NCBI RefSeq assembly: GCF_964204645.1
Contig: NC_134026.1
Location: 19,846,467 to 19,910,466, forward strand
Source of the DNA: Tubulanus polymorphus
Lineage: Eukaryota > Animalia > Nemertea
DNA: 64,000 nucleotides
Direction of reading: 5' to 3'
The notes under the pieces are model-generated. The model was not told where the DNA came from. It worked only from the letters and a program-made list of their open reading frames with translations, and did no database searches. Shown piece after piece: positions 47,263 through 60,208 of this stretch. The position numbers and the translations under genes were made by a program. How positions within the stretch are numbered: position 1 is the stretch's first letter; each line of letters opens with the position of its first letter.

Positions 47263-49487
47263 ATTGGGTAGGTCGCCGTAAATACTTTTTTTACAGGAAC
47301 AAATTCTTAGTCAGGAATAAAATATATATATATGAATTAAAAATTTATTATATCTATAATTTTATGATGTGGATCTCAGTGCCGACATATGACGATTTGA
47401 TTTAAAAGAAACAAATATTTACGAGAATGGAGAGTTTGATAGTTAGGGTAAGATTGCAAAATCTGATAGTACAAGTAAAATTGAAATTCAAAGACAAATG
47501 TACATACCATCATTTCGCTTTTCCGACGGAATTGGATATTCTTGGTAGATATTATTGAGCTAAATCTGATATCATTTAATTTGAATTTTTGGCGCATTTC
47601 AAAAGACTTTCCAGTGACGGTTCCAGAAGCGTACTTGTACTCCAGCAGAAAGAAATGAAAAGGGCATGTAGTAAAAAGTGCAAGTATCCGGACACAGCGC
47701 CAAAACATGGGTCAGGAAAATCTATGAATTCCAGTGTATTTTCATACAACTTCTGGACACTTGAGTGACATATAGAATAGCTAAATCTTGCGCTGCGGAC
47801 TGCTGTTCTATTATTCGTGGGTGGAAAATTGCCCGGAAAAAATGATGCCATCGTATTTTCAAAAAGGGACGGAAGATTTGCGATAGCAGCACGCGCCCTT
47901 AACGCTCCCGCCCCTGCTTTGACAGACACAACACGCTCCTGGCAGAAAGGTGATTACTTCAGCAGATTTAAAACCACATAATTAACGGTTAGATTACTTG
48001 CATCATACGGCGCAGTATACGGTACGCGCAAGACTCGAACATCGGTCAGTAATAGTTCTGACAGAAGGGGCAAATATTTATCCAGTTATTGTAGCTGAAA
48101 GTTTATTTAAGGTACGCAGAGTGAGCTAATTGCCCTATTGGTCTCGTTATTGACAAATCGCTAGATCTTGGCGAAGAAATAATTTCCGTCTAGTGAGATT
48201 AGAACCGAGCACGGATCGACGACGAATATACGCACGAGGGTGGATACTTTCAGAAAGTGAGTTACGGGGATTGATTCGGGGACTTCGCGCCTGAATCGAG
48301 GGGAATATGAAACAAGATTACGATACAGAAGCATGATGGTAAGTCATTGATTTATTATTTCTTCATTTAAATACCTTTAGTCTGATCACCAGACGATGTT
48401 ATGGATCGAACAACAGTTAGATACATAAGATGCCCATGCCTTGCCTACTTAGTAGTTAATAACCCATTCAGTATGGATCAGGGGGGTGATAAACCTCAGC
48501 TTATCAATTCAAAAGCGCGAAAGAAACTCTTCCAATTTAAGTGTCTCATTGTCACAATTCATATTTAGAAATAGTCCACGCATTCCCTATAGGTAAATGT
48601 TGGCCTTTGAGTTCGCGCAATTATCATCATATTGCGATCCATTGCCCACAAGTGCAGCATTGTTTTCAAGCGTTCAGGTTGTCTACGAACTGTACCATTG
48701 ACTTTTTCATCCATGGTTGAATCAAATATAGAACACTGCGTGCTACTGGATTTTCACTTCGATGTAAATAGGTATTCTTAAGCCAAATTAATAAATCAAT
48801 TCATTAAATGAACACTCAATATCTTGATGCAATCTATTTACAGCCTGCACCAATACCGACATTTTTTTGCCCTTCCAAAATTTGATCACAGGACTTCACA
48901 CATTTTGTTCATAATAATTGAAAATTGACTTAGCAATGGACTACAAATGCAGAACATTCAACAAACTTGACAACTTGAATGATCTTTTCTAACTCGCTTT
49001 TCCAGGTTTCAAAAGACGAAATAGGCGCTTTTTTCAACCGGTTTAAGGTCTAGAGGGTGTAGGGATAGGGATTTTACTCTCTACTTCCAATAAGCAATTT
49101 GCCTAACATGAACATATGAATGGTGCGACAGAAAACGATGATGATGAAATTGAAATTATGAAATAATGCATGGAAAACGTAATTGCAAATTTTCAATATT
49201 GTCTATGTAGACATAGAAGTGACCTTAATGGATGTGACAAGTTGTTAAAAATCAACAACAAAGATAATTGGTGTATTTCAAAGCAGGAGTGCACCTTTTT
49301 GGAAATGAAAGAACCCTAAACAGATATAAGTTCTTCAAAATTAGCCCCTCAGTGCAGGAGTACGCCTAATATTGCCTTTTTCGGATATTGAGGTGCCTTT
49401 TTAGGCTTTGACAGGTCCTTCAAAATTAGCCCCCGGATCCGCCAACCTGTAATCAAAGTGTATCTCGTTATGTTTTTACATTTGCAG

Positions 49488-50510
49488 GATGCGTACAAGG
49501 CCATGAAAATATTCGTCATATCATGCTACATATTTTTCGGCGTCGCCGGAAATCTATTGATCATAATCGCCGTCGCTCGCAAGAAAAAACTACAAGTAAC
49601 AACAAGCGTTTTCATCGTCAACGTCGCCATTTCCGACATGGTAGTCGCCGCCGTCGTGATGCCGACGATTCTGGTAAATCTGCTCACCGACGGACGCATG
49701 GTCGGCTACGACGAATGCGTGTTTTTCGCGTTCGTCCTGCTCACGTCGTGCGGCGTATCGTTGATCAGTCTTTCGTTGATCGCGTTCAACCGTTACGTCA
49801 ACGTCTGCCATCACGCGTACTACAAACGCGTGTTCGAAAACCGTTTCGTCGTCGTAATGGTCGCCGCCGTTTGGAGTTTTTCGTTCTCGATAGTCGCCAT
49901 CGGTAGTTTCACGCCGCTCGCGAAATTCAGCTACGACCCGCGGCTGTACACGTGCACGTACATCAACCGAGAATCGCGCGTGTACACGTTATTGCTGATG
50001 ACGGTCGGCATCGTTTTACCCTGCGTGCTGACGTCGTTCGGCTACATCAAAATCTTCCGGAAAATCCGCGACTCTCAGAACAACATGATGGCGCACGCGT
50101 CCGCGACGCATAACAATAAGGAAAAGAAAGCCATATTCGCGATGTTTTCGGCGTTCGCGGCGTTCGCTATTTGTTGGTTTCCGTACGGTACGATTGCGAT
50201 CGTCGACGCGTTCACGAAAGGAATCTCCGACGAGGCTCATTTGATCGTCGCGTGGCTCGCGTTCGGCAACTGTTCGTTGAACTGGCTCATCTACGGCGGG
50301 TTGAACTCGAATTTTCGACAAGGATACAAGAAAATCTTCGTTACCTGCCGCAGTCGCAACAAAAGAGCGATCGCCGATTCGACGACGACACAGACGAACG
50401 GGAATCTACATCGAGCGAAACGGGATACTCGGACCTCCGTCGTAAATCTACCGCAGAGACAGATGATCAGCGCTAGTTCAACTGTTCCCACTTTATCGGA
50501 AACATCATAA
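49488..50510 (+). CDS. Melatonin-receptor-like rhodopsin-family GPCR. Main coding exon; first in-exon Met at 49503; TGA stop at 50508-50510.
   Basis: Seven hydrophobic spans. TM1 GNLLIIIAV; TM3 NRY (not DRY), as NRYVNVCHHAYY versus MTNR1A NRYCYICHSLKY; ECL2 YDPRLYTCTY versus YDPRIYSCTF; TM7 NWLIYGGLNSNFRQGYKKIF versus NAIIYGLLNQNFRKEYRRII. An acceptor ttacatttgcag at 49476-87 suggests a short upstream exon. Confidence 0.85.
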   Translation, partial: DAYKAMKIFVISCYIFFGVAGNLLIIIAVARKKKLQVTTSVFIVNVAISDMVVAAVVMPTILVNLLTDGRMVGYDECVFFAFVLLTSCGVSLISLSLIAFNRYVNVCHHAYYKRVFENRFVVVMVAAVWSFSFSIVAIGSFTPLAKFSYDPRLYTCTYINRESRVYTLLLMTVGIVLPCVLTSFGYIKIFRKIRDSQNNMMAHASATHNNKEKKAIFAMFSAFAAFAICWFPYGTIAIVDAFTKGISDEAHLIVAWLAFGNCSLNWLIYGGLNSNFRQGYKKIFVTCRSRNKRAIADSTTTQTNGNLHRAKRDTRTSVVNLPQRQMISASSTVPTLSETS

Positions 50511-50662
50511 CATTACGTACTGCATATTTAAAAATGTATTCATTATAGAGGAGTGTAAATAAACAGATGCCGGTTCATTAATACAGATCAGACACTACCC
50601 GATATCTCTAATCGTAGTAGTTTTTACAAAAATGAGAATAATTTCACTTCATAATGTAGTAC

Positions 50663-50786
50663 AGTCAACCCCCCCCCCCGATATATCACCCACATCGGTG
50701 CAGAACGATTTTGGTGGTATAGAGAGTATGGCCGTATATCGGGGGCGGTGGTATATTGTTAATACTCGTATATCGGGAGTTGACTG
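50663..50786. mobile_element. MITE family B copy, 124 bp, immediately 3' of the GPCR
   Basis: cagtcaaccccccccccgatatatcacccacatcggtgcagaacgattttggtgg...tatatcgggagttgactg; the termini are reverse complements. Confidence 0.7.
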
Positions 50787-52272
50787 CAGTTAAAATGAAA
50801 ATGAGAAATTTTCTGATTTTGAGAGTATTTTGATTATTTTGGGAGTGGTTGAGCTCCAGAAACTACTATCGACTAGTTAGTAGTCGTATTCAGGTCTGTT
50901 AATACTCGAATATTGCCGCTTATATTGATTGCCCTTTCAAATTAAAAGCATTGTCAGAGTCAATATTGTTCGACCGAGATCAAAACCGAGATGAAGTTTG
51001 TTTTGAATGTGCAGGCATTCTAAGAAGTATTGGCGAGCATTCCCGTAACAACACCGCGTATTGCTCTTATGAGATTCGATACAAATATCCATATCTACCT
51101 CGCAGATTGCTGAATAAACAAGAATGTTTGCCGACGAAATATACGTAACAATTTCAATTTCGTTAAAATATCTAATATAAAATCCCAACCGATGAGTATA
51201 TAGACATTTATTGCTAATCTAATGGATTGTCAAAATTGCACTATTACCTAGTTATTACAGATGAGAAATACCACTTACGGGAGAGGTACTGCTTGCTGCA
51301 TACAAATGTTATAAATAAGCTAATTAGAAGTTAACATCATCTGTTCCCGAACTATTCAAACCTATCATGTTTGCATACATTAACATTCTAGTATCTTTAC
51401 CATGCATTTAAAATCCGAAAATTTTAGTATAGTTACAACGTTTTATTAAAATCACAATTTTCTGAACATATTTTCCTACTGAGGCAAATACCTTGTTTGG
51501 TCATGGGGAATTTATACATCAAGGGCGGATCCGGAAACAAACTCTGAGGGTCTTACCAAATTCTTTTCGGGCAAAGTAATTAGAAAAGGGCATTCTGTTA
51601 GTACCCTTTTGACAGAAAAAGCTGTTCATTTCACTGATATGAAGTGAAAGTGTTGTAAGTTCCCCTGAATCCACCCCTGACACTGGCTAGCTTATTAAAC
51701 AAGCAACTCTTTCATTCAAACTACATATAGTGAACAATACACCGATATGATTGATGATTGATGAAATATCAGTCTTTTCAGACCAGATTACCTGATATAT
51801 CTAATTTCAGTAGTTTGCGCCTAACAGGGCGGCCACTTTCCACCAATTTACAAATTCCGATGTTACAACACAAAATTCCCTGAGTAAATCCGAGGAATTT
51901 CTTAAAATGTTACAATTCATTAATTTTTTATGAATCCCATTTTGATAAAGAAACGCTTGAACAAATAACATATCAAAATAACCTGAGTTTTCCAGGTTTA
52001 TTTGGCAAAAATTCCCTGGTTCCCTGAGTTTTCCCTGATTTTTTGTTCCAGGTTTTTCAGGTCAGTGGCCACCCTGAAAAATGAGAGTAATTTGAAATAC
52101 AAGATAGTTGATAATTTGAAATACAAGATAGTAGTTTAATTGAAAATTAACTAGAAATCATTCTGATTTTGAGAGTATTTTTGATATTTTTCGTCGTAGT
52201 TGAGCACTAAGAAAAAGAGCTTAATCTACTCTCAAATCATAGTTGTAGTCAGGTCTGGTCTGTTAATCGACA

Positions 52273-53141
52273 TCAAAAGCTAAACAAATCATCCACATTT
52301 TCATTGTCGCGTTTTCTAGATTTTTTCGGAGGAGGTTTGCGTTTTTCGTCGATCCGCCGAAGACCGGCATCGTCATCGTTATCGCCGACGGAGAATAAAT
52401 CGTCCAGTAAATCGGCGCACGTGTTCTCTGTAACGGCGCTACACGACGAGCGTTCGGTGATTTGAACATCGGCGGCGCTGGCGGGCGCCGGATTTCGTGG
52501 AGGTTTTTTAAACGTTCGGCGATTCGGTCGCGCCGGAGTAAAATCGAGAAAACTGTCTAAAAACAGCGAATTTTCGTCAGTCATGTGAATTCCGGTAGCT
52601 GATTCCGATACAGCTGCGCTGCTAACGTTACGCGGCAATAACGCCGGTTTATCGAAAACCGCACTTTTTGAACGTTCATCCGCATGTACCATGACCAAAG
52701 AATCATTCCCTTCAATTTTTTCTCTACGCGAGCTCGATTTTCCGATACCTTTCTTGAACGTCGTAGTTCGCAAATTTTCATCGCATCCGTTCCGCACTTT
52801 CGATTCATCCAAATGACCGCGATTTGAATCGGGTATCGCTGTCCTTTCACCGCAACTATTATCCGAGATATAGTCATCCGCCGACGAATGGTTCAGACCG
52901 ATCCGCCGGCAATTTCTATCCCTATCTCCGGGAAAAATTTGATAATCGTCTTTTCGATTGGGTGACACCCGAGACGGACCGGGTCCTGCATCTAAATCTA
53001 GATCTGCATCCGATCGGCCGCGTCCGAACACGTCTTCATCGTCACTAGAAATTACATATTCGACGCCTTTCCTAGATTTGCGAGTCTTCAACGGAGCTTT
53101 GCGACGCACACGAGGACACGTCAGTTGCTTTTTGTTATTTA
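52273..53141 (-). CDS. ERCC6L2: ERCC6L2-like SNF2 helicase, terminal exon of the long isoform. Acidic, Ser-rich tail ending ...[47 protein letters not shown]
   Basis: Minus acceptor ctatttcag (AG at + 53142-43); stop at 52273-75. Human ERCC6L2 C-terminus has LLGDTSILDDLFKSHG. In phase with the exon at 53865-54085. The N-terminal YIYIYI portion of ORF 52273..53400 is the intronic (TA)n and was excluded. Confidence 0.75.
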
Positions 53142-53169
53142 CTGAAATAGAATGCATGTAACACGGAGT

Positions 53170-53260
<91 letters not shown>

Positions 53261-53262
53261 GT
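53170..53262. repeat. (TA)n microsatellite, about 45 units
   Basis: atatatatat... run in an ERCC6L2 intron. Confidence 0.95.
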
Positions 53263-53864
53263 ATATATATATGTATTATATAAATGTATTATATAAATGT
53301 ATATATATATGTATTCGTATTCAAGTTCATTAACCCCATAAAGGTTTTGAGCATATTCCAAACATTTTGTCCTCATTCTATCATTTTGTTTAGATATCAC
53401 TGCTCTTCATTCAGAACAACATAGCAGCTCGGGGTCAAGGCAGAATGCTCATGATTGAAAATTATGAATTAATTGAAACCCTGGGATAAAACAATTGGAG
53501 AGTGTACCAATGTTTGAGAGTATTAAACTGATCTCATTCCTTGTTGATATTTACACATAAAATACTGAACATTTGAGTATCTTAAGTATCGACATTAGAC
53601 AAGGAATGTGATGTATTTGAAATACTGAAATCATAACCATAAGATGATTTATCCTTATGAAAACTACATTGCACTGTTCAGCATATCAAATAATCTTTTT
53701 TTATGAAGGCAAAAAATTGATACCTTGTTTCTCATTTCTGATGAGCTTTAAAGTTGACCCAGCCAGTCGCTTATTTTCCCTGTACATTACTTTGATTTAC
53801 AAAACGACCCGGCTGATTAGGCATCAAGGCATCATTTCTTTTAGCCTTAGTGTAAAACCAGTAC

Positions 53865-54085
53865 CTGATTTAGAAGCTTTAGCAGGACGGGGGTTTTTCT
53901 TCGTAAGTTTCTTCTCATCGACTTTCGCGTTCAAAGCGTCGAACACTTGTCCGAAATCGGCATCCAGCGACGAGTAATACGTTTCTAATAGTTTCATTAA
54001 TGCATCGTGTTCAAGATTGACAATACGCCGCGCGAACGATTTCAAACTTTCTCCTGATGATTTGGCTATTTCCTCGAACTCGCCC
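53865..54085 (-). CDS. ERCC6L2: ERCC6L2-like exon: (R)GEFEEIAKSSGESLKSFARRIVNLEHDALMKLLETYYSSLDADFGQVFDALNAKVDEKKLTKKNPRPAKASKS
   Basis: Minus acceptor ttccaacag and donor TCA G|gtactg. Its 1-nt end plus the 2-nt start of the next exon gives GTA; both junction phases match. Confidence 0.7.
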
Positions 54086-54674
54086 CTGTTGGAAAAAAGA
54101 ATTTTGGTCCATTGTTAGGTTTCTCACTTCTTATGACAATTTGTTACAATCATTGTGAACTTTGAAAAAACATTTAAGTAATGCACATTTTGATCCTGCA
54201 TCATTTTGATGAGCTCGATAAGGATAATTCAATACATGTACAAAATTCTCCTATTTGAGCTTATCAAAATGATGCCCAATATGATAGCGCCAATTTTATA
54301 ACATCATTATTTTGATAAGAAAAAGACCTAATAAAAAATCGTATCGTTAAATACTCTTCCGGTGTGTTCTTTTCAACCAGAATACACTCGGTCTATTCGA
54401 GAAAAAGTATTATCTGTAAACATGAAGTATATAGTTTGTAATCCAAAATTACTATTCCTAAACCAGAATATGTTCAATCGAAACCTGCCTTAGTAATAGT
54501 ATTCTATTTGAAATGTCTAACAGGATTCTTCTCCAGTCAGTTGCAGCATCAATCATCCCAATTACCTGGTTAAGTAACAAGCTCGATCAATATTTATCTT
54601 ACCTTTTGATTAGCGGAGGCGTCTGGCCAATTAGCACCTTTTTCGATCCGATCATCATGCTCTGCAGTGTATAC

Positions 54675-54739
54675 CGGCGCGCATTTTCAGTTTTTGATTT
54701 ATCGCACTGCTGCTCACCAGTTGAGCATTCCTCTTCAGG
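54675..54739 (-). CDS. ERCC6L2: Candidate small ERCC6L2 exon PEEECSTGEQQCDKSKTENA(R), needed to reconcile phases between 55189 and 54085
   Basis: Minus acceptor ttctatccag and donor CCG|gtatac. 65 nt, phase 0 in and phase 2 out, exactly what the flanking exons require. The donor is weak. Confidence 0.35.
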
Positions 54740-55188
54740 CTGGATAGAATATACACAACCAAATTTTGTTAATTAAATGGAGCTGTTATCATCGCTTCAG
54801 AGAATCTATTTCCATACAAGATATCTTCATAGCTATCAACATGAAAATCACGGTTAATTTATACAGTAAACCTCGCTCTAACTTGGAAAAACTAGGACCG
54901 ACAAAATTGCCAAGCAGCTTAAGCGAATTTCCGAGTTAGGGATCACGTGTGGACAGAAAGTGGTTCCAGATGTGGAAATATGTGTAGAAATCAGAAAATG
55001 ATTTCATTTTTGTCAAATGTAGTCAAAAGTTGGCCATGTCTGAGTTGGGTGAGGTTTAGTGTATAACCGATTCTCTGATACGCGTACAACAGATTTTAAA
55101 CAAAAAATTCTTAAAACGTTAGAAACGAAAATATTGTATGATTCTGATAAAGAATCTATATATGATAAAAAAAGCCCTTTAAATTCAC

Positions 55189-55340
55189 CTCAGATAAAGG
55201 ATCGCATGCCATTGCTGGCATCTGCGAAAACATCCGATTTTCGTAGACGTCTTTGATAGCACATTTCGACATGTGGTCTTCCGCTTTACTGCCACCAATC
55301 AACTTCTTATTTTCATGGATGTGCACGACTCCAAACTTTT
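55189..55340 (-). CDS. ERCC6L2: ERCC6L2-like exon: (E)KFGVVHIHENKKLIGGSKAEDHMSKCAIKDVYENRMFSQMPAMACDPLSE
   Basis: Minus acceptor ttttctacag and donor GAG|gtgaat. Matches human ERCC6L2 [47 protein letters not shown]. Confidence 0.75.
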
Positions 55341-55900
55341 CTGTAGCAGATTATTTACAAAATAGCAATTCAATACCCATGGCATATATCATGAAATATA
55401 CTCATGAGACTTAGATATTGATATTCTAGTAACATCACTGCAGGTATCAATCTGGGATCATTTGTGCCAAAAAGTTGGTTGAGGAAAAGCTGGTAGACAA
55501 GCTGGCTTTGTGATGACGAAATACCATGGTAACAGCGCAATTTCAATTGTCACTATGGCATCTACCTGTACCTCAGCCTGAACTACAGAAGACTCTGCCC
55601 GGATCCGTTCAACTCATGCTTTTAAAAATATTTTTTGTGACACTATATATGAAATCAATATGAATTTTTGATGAAATACATAACATCCAACTTGGTTATC
55701 ACTCAAGTCAAACATATTCTTACAGTCACTTTTTATTAAATTGTGATGACAAAATATCTAAATATTTGGGTTCATTTGTTAGTTCATTTTCAAATAAGAA
55801 TGTCATCGAAAATTAGGGAAATATTGATGAAGTATTGGAAGTCTGAAGGAGTGGGTCCTGGCTGTCAATTAATACCTGCACAATCGCAGCAAAAACCTAC

Positions 55901-56395
55901 CGAACACGTCCGAAACTGACTCAAAGCTCTCTTGGCAACTTTTCCCATCGAACCGGACATCTTTCTTGTGCCTTTTCAGTTTACGAGGTGGCACATTATT
56001 TTCCGAATTCCTGTCGGTAATGGTGGCAGCAGCGCGTTTATTCAATGGACGTTCATCACTGTCATCGGACGAAATCAGACATTTATCCCGTGATGGGATT
56101 TCTCGACAACGAACAGATTTTGCTGGTAGTGATTTTTCCGTCACAGTAGCAACGTTATCAATAAATTCATCCGTACATTTATGGGAGTTTTCGTCGTCTT
56201 CGAGTTTTTCTTGATCCTCTTCAAGTTCATCGTTCAAATCGTTACTGTTGTTAAGTTCATGTAATTCCACACTTTCATCGTCAGAGTCCGATATATCGCC
56301 CAAATTTTCAGCGGAATCAGATCGTTCTTGTTCGCGTCGTTTTACACTTCTTCGCAGTTTTATGTTTTTGGAATTGCCAGTTTCATTTAGCATTT
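55901..56395 (-). CDS. ERCC6L2: ERCC6L2-like exon (long isoform): (E)MLNETGNSKNIKLRRSVKRREQERSDSAENLGDISDSDDESVELHELNNSNDLNDELEEDQEKLEDDENSHKCTDEFIDNVATVTEKSLPAKS...FESVSDVF
   Basis: Minus acceptor ttgttccttag and donor TTC G|gtaggt. Phase-compatible with 56814-56898 (G + AA = Glu). Acidic, CK2-site-rich, like the vertebrate ERCC6L2 tail. Confidence 0.65.
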
Positions 56396-56415
56396 CTAAG
56401 GAACAAACAAATAAT

Positions 56416-56654
56416 TCAAATTCTACGCAGCAAAATCGAGATCAGTTTACTGGATTTTGATCTATTATCAGTTTTATTACGAATAAATTTATGTATATGA
56501 TATAAATGCTCTCTGATTTCTCGGAATTGTTTGACTTTCTTTTTCCCTGACACTTCCCTGACTATTTCCTCACATGCATGTAGTTTCCCTGACTTGAATC
56601 TGCTAAGAATCCAATCAATTAACACAGTCGAATACGTAAACACATTCATGGAGA
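56416..56654 (-). CDS. ERCC6L2: Alternative terminal exon giving a short ERCC6L2 isoform: (V)SMNVFTYSTVLIDWILSRFKSGKLHACEEIVREVSGKKKVKQFREIREHLYHIHKFIRNKTDNRSKSSKLISILLRRI*
   Basis: Minus acceptor aaatcaaacag, also phase-compatible with 56814-56898 (G + TC = Val). The frame ends at a stop 20 nt before the next exon's acceptor. Human ERCC6L2 has short and long C-terminal isoforms. Confidence 0.45.
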
Positions 56655-56813
56655 CTGTTTGATTTTATGCGTAATCTCATCTCATCAAATTTCCTTGCCT
56701 TTCCCTATTTGTAGCTTTTTCATCACAAAATTCCCTGGTCTTCTTAACAGAAATAAACATTCCCAGACGAAATAAATGAAATAATGATCCGATACATTTA
56801 CAGAACTACATAC

Positions 56814-56898
56814 CATCTACATCTAGTTTCATATCAGGATTTGGAGGCACATACGGAGACGTCTTGATTCCCAGGTTCTCTTCAACTTGTTGATGTCT
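56814..56898 (-). CDS. ERCC6L2: ERCC6L2-like exon: RHQQVEENLGIKTSPYVPPNPDMKLDVD
   Basis: Minus acceptor ttgtttcag and donor GAT G|gtatgtag. Phase 0 in, matching the end of 57179-57331. Confidence 0.65.
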
Positions 56899-57178
56899 CT
56901 GAAACAAAATAGATTGATCGTGCTATTAAACCATTGCAGTATACGTAGTCTAAATTCTAATTGTGAGGCATTTTCAGTTCGTTACAGATGACTACTCTTA
57001 ACTTGGACCAGTTTAAGTTGAATTATCAGTTGAACACAAATCTTAGAAATGTTGCAATAGGATATAAACTAAGTTTCCATTGTTTTAAAACCCAACAAAA
57101 GAATCATTGGTCCCAAATTGATTAAAGTTAGCAGGAGTCTACTGTATAACTTGAGTACAACAGCATTATCCAACGCAC

Positions 57179-57331
57179 CTGTAATATTTCCATGGTAAGA
57201 CATCTTTCTCCCGTGCGTAGCTTGAACATGTTATCAATGCCAAACAGCTCGTTGTAGCCGCTTTTATCACCTTGATTTGTGAAGAAATATCTACGAGAAT
57301 TCTCATCGGACACGGCTACTTGATCCAATTG
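57179..57331 (-). CDS. ERCC6L2: ERCC6L2-like exon: QLDQVAVSDENSRRYFFTNQGDKSGYNELFGIDNMFKLRTGERCLTMEILQ
   Basis: Minus acceptor gatttcag and donor CAG|gtgcgt. Matches human [51 protein letters not shown]. Confidence 0.85.
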
Positions 57332-58112
57332 CTGAAATCAACATTGAAATTTCTATGGCGTATTAGATTTCATGTATCAGTAAAGCATCATCATAATAGG
57401 TACATTTGATGATGTTTAAAAATGGTACAAGATGAATGATTTATAGGACAAACAAGTAAGTTTGCAAACTAGTTGACCAAACTCTTATTACCCCTATTGC
57501 ACTCATCAGCAGTTTCATTTCATTGTGGTATATTCACAATTTCTAACAATATGTGATAAGAATGCCATAGAATAGATAAGTCCTGGTTCAGATTGATGGA
57601 CTCAGGAATTTTCATATTTTTTTCACATCCTTACCGTTGGCTTTTTCACATTTTATCACAAAAATGTACTAGGATTTTTTGTCACATAATTTTTCACATT
57701 TTGTCATGTCAAGGTACAATAATATATGTGTTTAAGTGATTACAGATCACAATTTGGACAGATTAAATTAAATTTTCTTAATCTTTAACACAGCTTGTGT
57801 ATATATTCTGGCGTAAAAATTGTTTGACTGACACTTTTCATTAATTCTTCATTTATTTTCAAAATTTTTTTGCGCATTTTTCAGATTTTTCCACAATTTT
57901 ACAAGCATACCATCCATTTTTCCCATCAATCTGAGTCCCAGAGTTGATTATCTGCCTCTCATGAAATTGATAGATTTTTAGCGCCACTAAACACAATCTT
58001 AATTGACCAGACAATAATGAACTAATTTCAAGTAATCAATGACATGTAAATTTTCCCAAAAGGTTCAGTTTATAAGACCTATACCCAGTAGGTTAATCAC
58101 GTTCTTTCTTAC

Positions 58113-58212
58113 CTGCTTGTATATTTGTCTGAGATACATGTTCTCCTCGATGGTTCCCATCGATATCAATCTGTACACACGAACATCTCTTCTCTGTCCA
58201 ATACGGTATGCC
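58113..58212 (-). CDS. ERCC6L2: ERCC6L2-like exon carrying helicase motif VI: (R)[33 protein letters not shown]
   Basis: Minus acceptor ttttttccctcacag and donor CAG|gtaaga. Matches human [34 protein letters not shown]. Confidence 0.9.
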
Positions 58213-58419
58213 CTGTGAGGGAAAAAAGTTATGAAAAAGCCATAGGTGACCACGTTTCTCAGACTCGGACTCAAACTCCCGAATTCCCATGCCTTTGTTC
58301 CCATTGCTTTTGGATATGTTGAATCTAGAGCCAATCGCTAAATTTTGTCGAGACAACTTTAAGAATCCACAGTTTTGAGGTCATCCTCAAAGTCAAGTCG
58401 CTTAAAAACAGAATTTTTA

Positions 58420-58557
<138 letters not shown>

Positions 58558-59572
58558 TCAACCTACAATTAAATGACTTAACGAAATGAGCAACCTTGCT
58601 TTAAACGAGCACCTACCACTGATATTGGAACATCCTTTATAAATATAAGATTTGTTACAATTACTTGTGGAAATAAAATATTATTATTATTATTAAAAGA
58701 ATGGCGTACACTTCAGGAAATTGGATTGGAAATACAAATTGGGACTCATAAATAGAGCCAAATCAAGTAATGTGATGACAGTATCTGATGAAGGTTTTAG
58801 CTGAGTTGGGCTGTATTAGATTAGTAGTTTGCCATGAAGGAATGTATCCAGAATTGAATCAAGATTTTTCGATGAAATTAGCAGAAATGGGATTTGATAC
58901 AGGAATATTTTCACAATAGGAATCATTAGTACATGTAGCATAAAATGGATATCCAAGTCAACACCAACCGCTTTTAAACAAAAGAACCTTTTCAGTACAC
59001 AATTCAGAGATCGAGAGTAAAGTTGAGTACAAGTTACAATCAGTCAAACCTCGGAACAGCAATTCTGAAAAACCAATGATCATAACAACTTGAGCATCAG
59101 AATTTGCACAAGATTACAGCCAAAAACACCCTCAAATGTTACATCTTTTAATAATCTTGGCAGTATCTTGTTTGGAATACAGGACCTGATTTCGCTGTGA
59201 GTTAGAATTAACTCAAAATTAGCTCATTTTCAATGTTTTCAGCCGAATCTTAACCCATAATTATGGAACTGGATCCAGACGGCTTATAATCCTAAACATC
59301 AAACTGATCAGTTCATGAATTGGATAGAATTAAGCGTCATCACTTTTTTCATCGATATCATCAATATGAACCTAATCAAAACGACATGTTCAAACACATT
59401 TTTTATCTCGTTTAATTTCATTAGTTTTATAGATAACTGATAAGAGCCGGTTAACCTATATTTTCAAAATTATACCATCGATCGATTTGGACGCGTGCCC
59501 ATGCTTATCGCATACAAGTAGTGAAAACGCATTCCTTCATCGATCTAATTGTCCTCATTTCTTATCACTTGC

Positions 59573-59576
<4 letters not shown>

Positions 59577-59662
<86 letters not shown>
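59577..59662. repeat. (TA)n microsatellite
   Basis: tatatatata... run. ORF 59487..59783 (YIYIYI) is an artefact. Confidence 0.95.
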
Positions 59663-59666
<4 letters not shown>

Positions 59667-60208
59667 CATGCATACGAATATATAAGTGACATCCAGGAAG
59701 GTAATGTCATTAAACAGGCAGGTCAATTTCTCACCAACAAATATACAAACAAGAAAAGTGACCGACGAAAGGTAAGCAAGTAATTCAATTCTTTTTATAA
59801 GTTTAGATAATGAACGAGTAATGAAACGGTCTCGATTATATGCGAGTATTTTCTATCAAGAACTTTCATTAGTTACCCTTAAAAATCTCATAGTTAGCAC
59901 GCATAAAGCTGGCTGTAATGAGTGTGAAAGTGTCTCTCAAAATCAAGTGCACATTGAATGCAATACCGACACTAATTTACAAATTAGTCCATCTTTAGAC
60001 AATGCAATTGAGTTAGATTTACATCTTATGAAAAATCGACTGTTTTACGATTTATGAAGAACTAAAATTTAACTTGTTTTATGGATATTTATCCGGATCT
60101 ACCGGTTAAAACTGAGGCATTTCACTTATCGTCATTCGATATGGTTTCTTTTTAGGGAAAATGCGCGAATATATCAAGTATCTAAATCACTAGATAGATG
60201 AAAGAATC

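Noticed and set aside
47576-47929. 117-aa minus-strand ORF (MSVKAGAGALRARAAIANLPS..)
   Set aside because: No splice signals, homology or compositional support. Likely chance ORF in a locally GC-richer patch.
49523-50491. Several 66-127 aa Arg-rich ORFs on both strands overlapping the GPCR (for example 49523..49906, 50016..50321, 50171..50476)
   Set aside because: Alternate-frame artefacts of a CpG-rich coding exon. The 350-aa frame with seven TM segments and melatonin-receptor motifs is the real one.
52273-53400. N-terminal part of the 375-aa minus ORF reading ..[12 protein letters not shown]..
   Set aside because: Translation of the intronic (TA)n microsatellite. The real exon begins at the acceptor at 53141.
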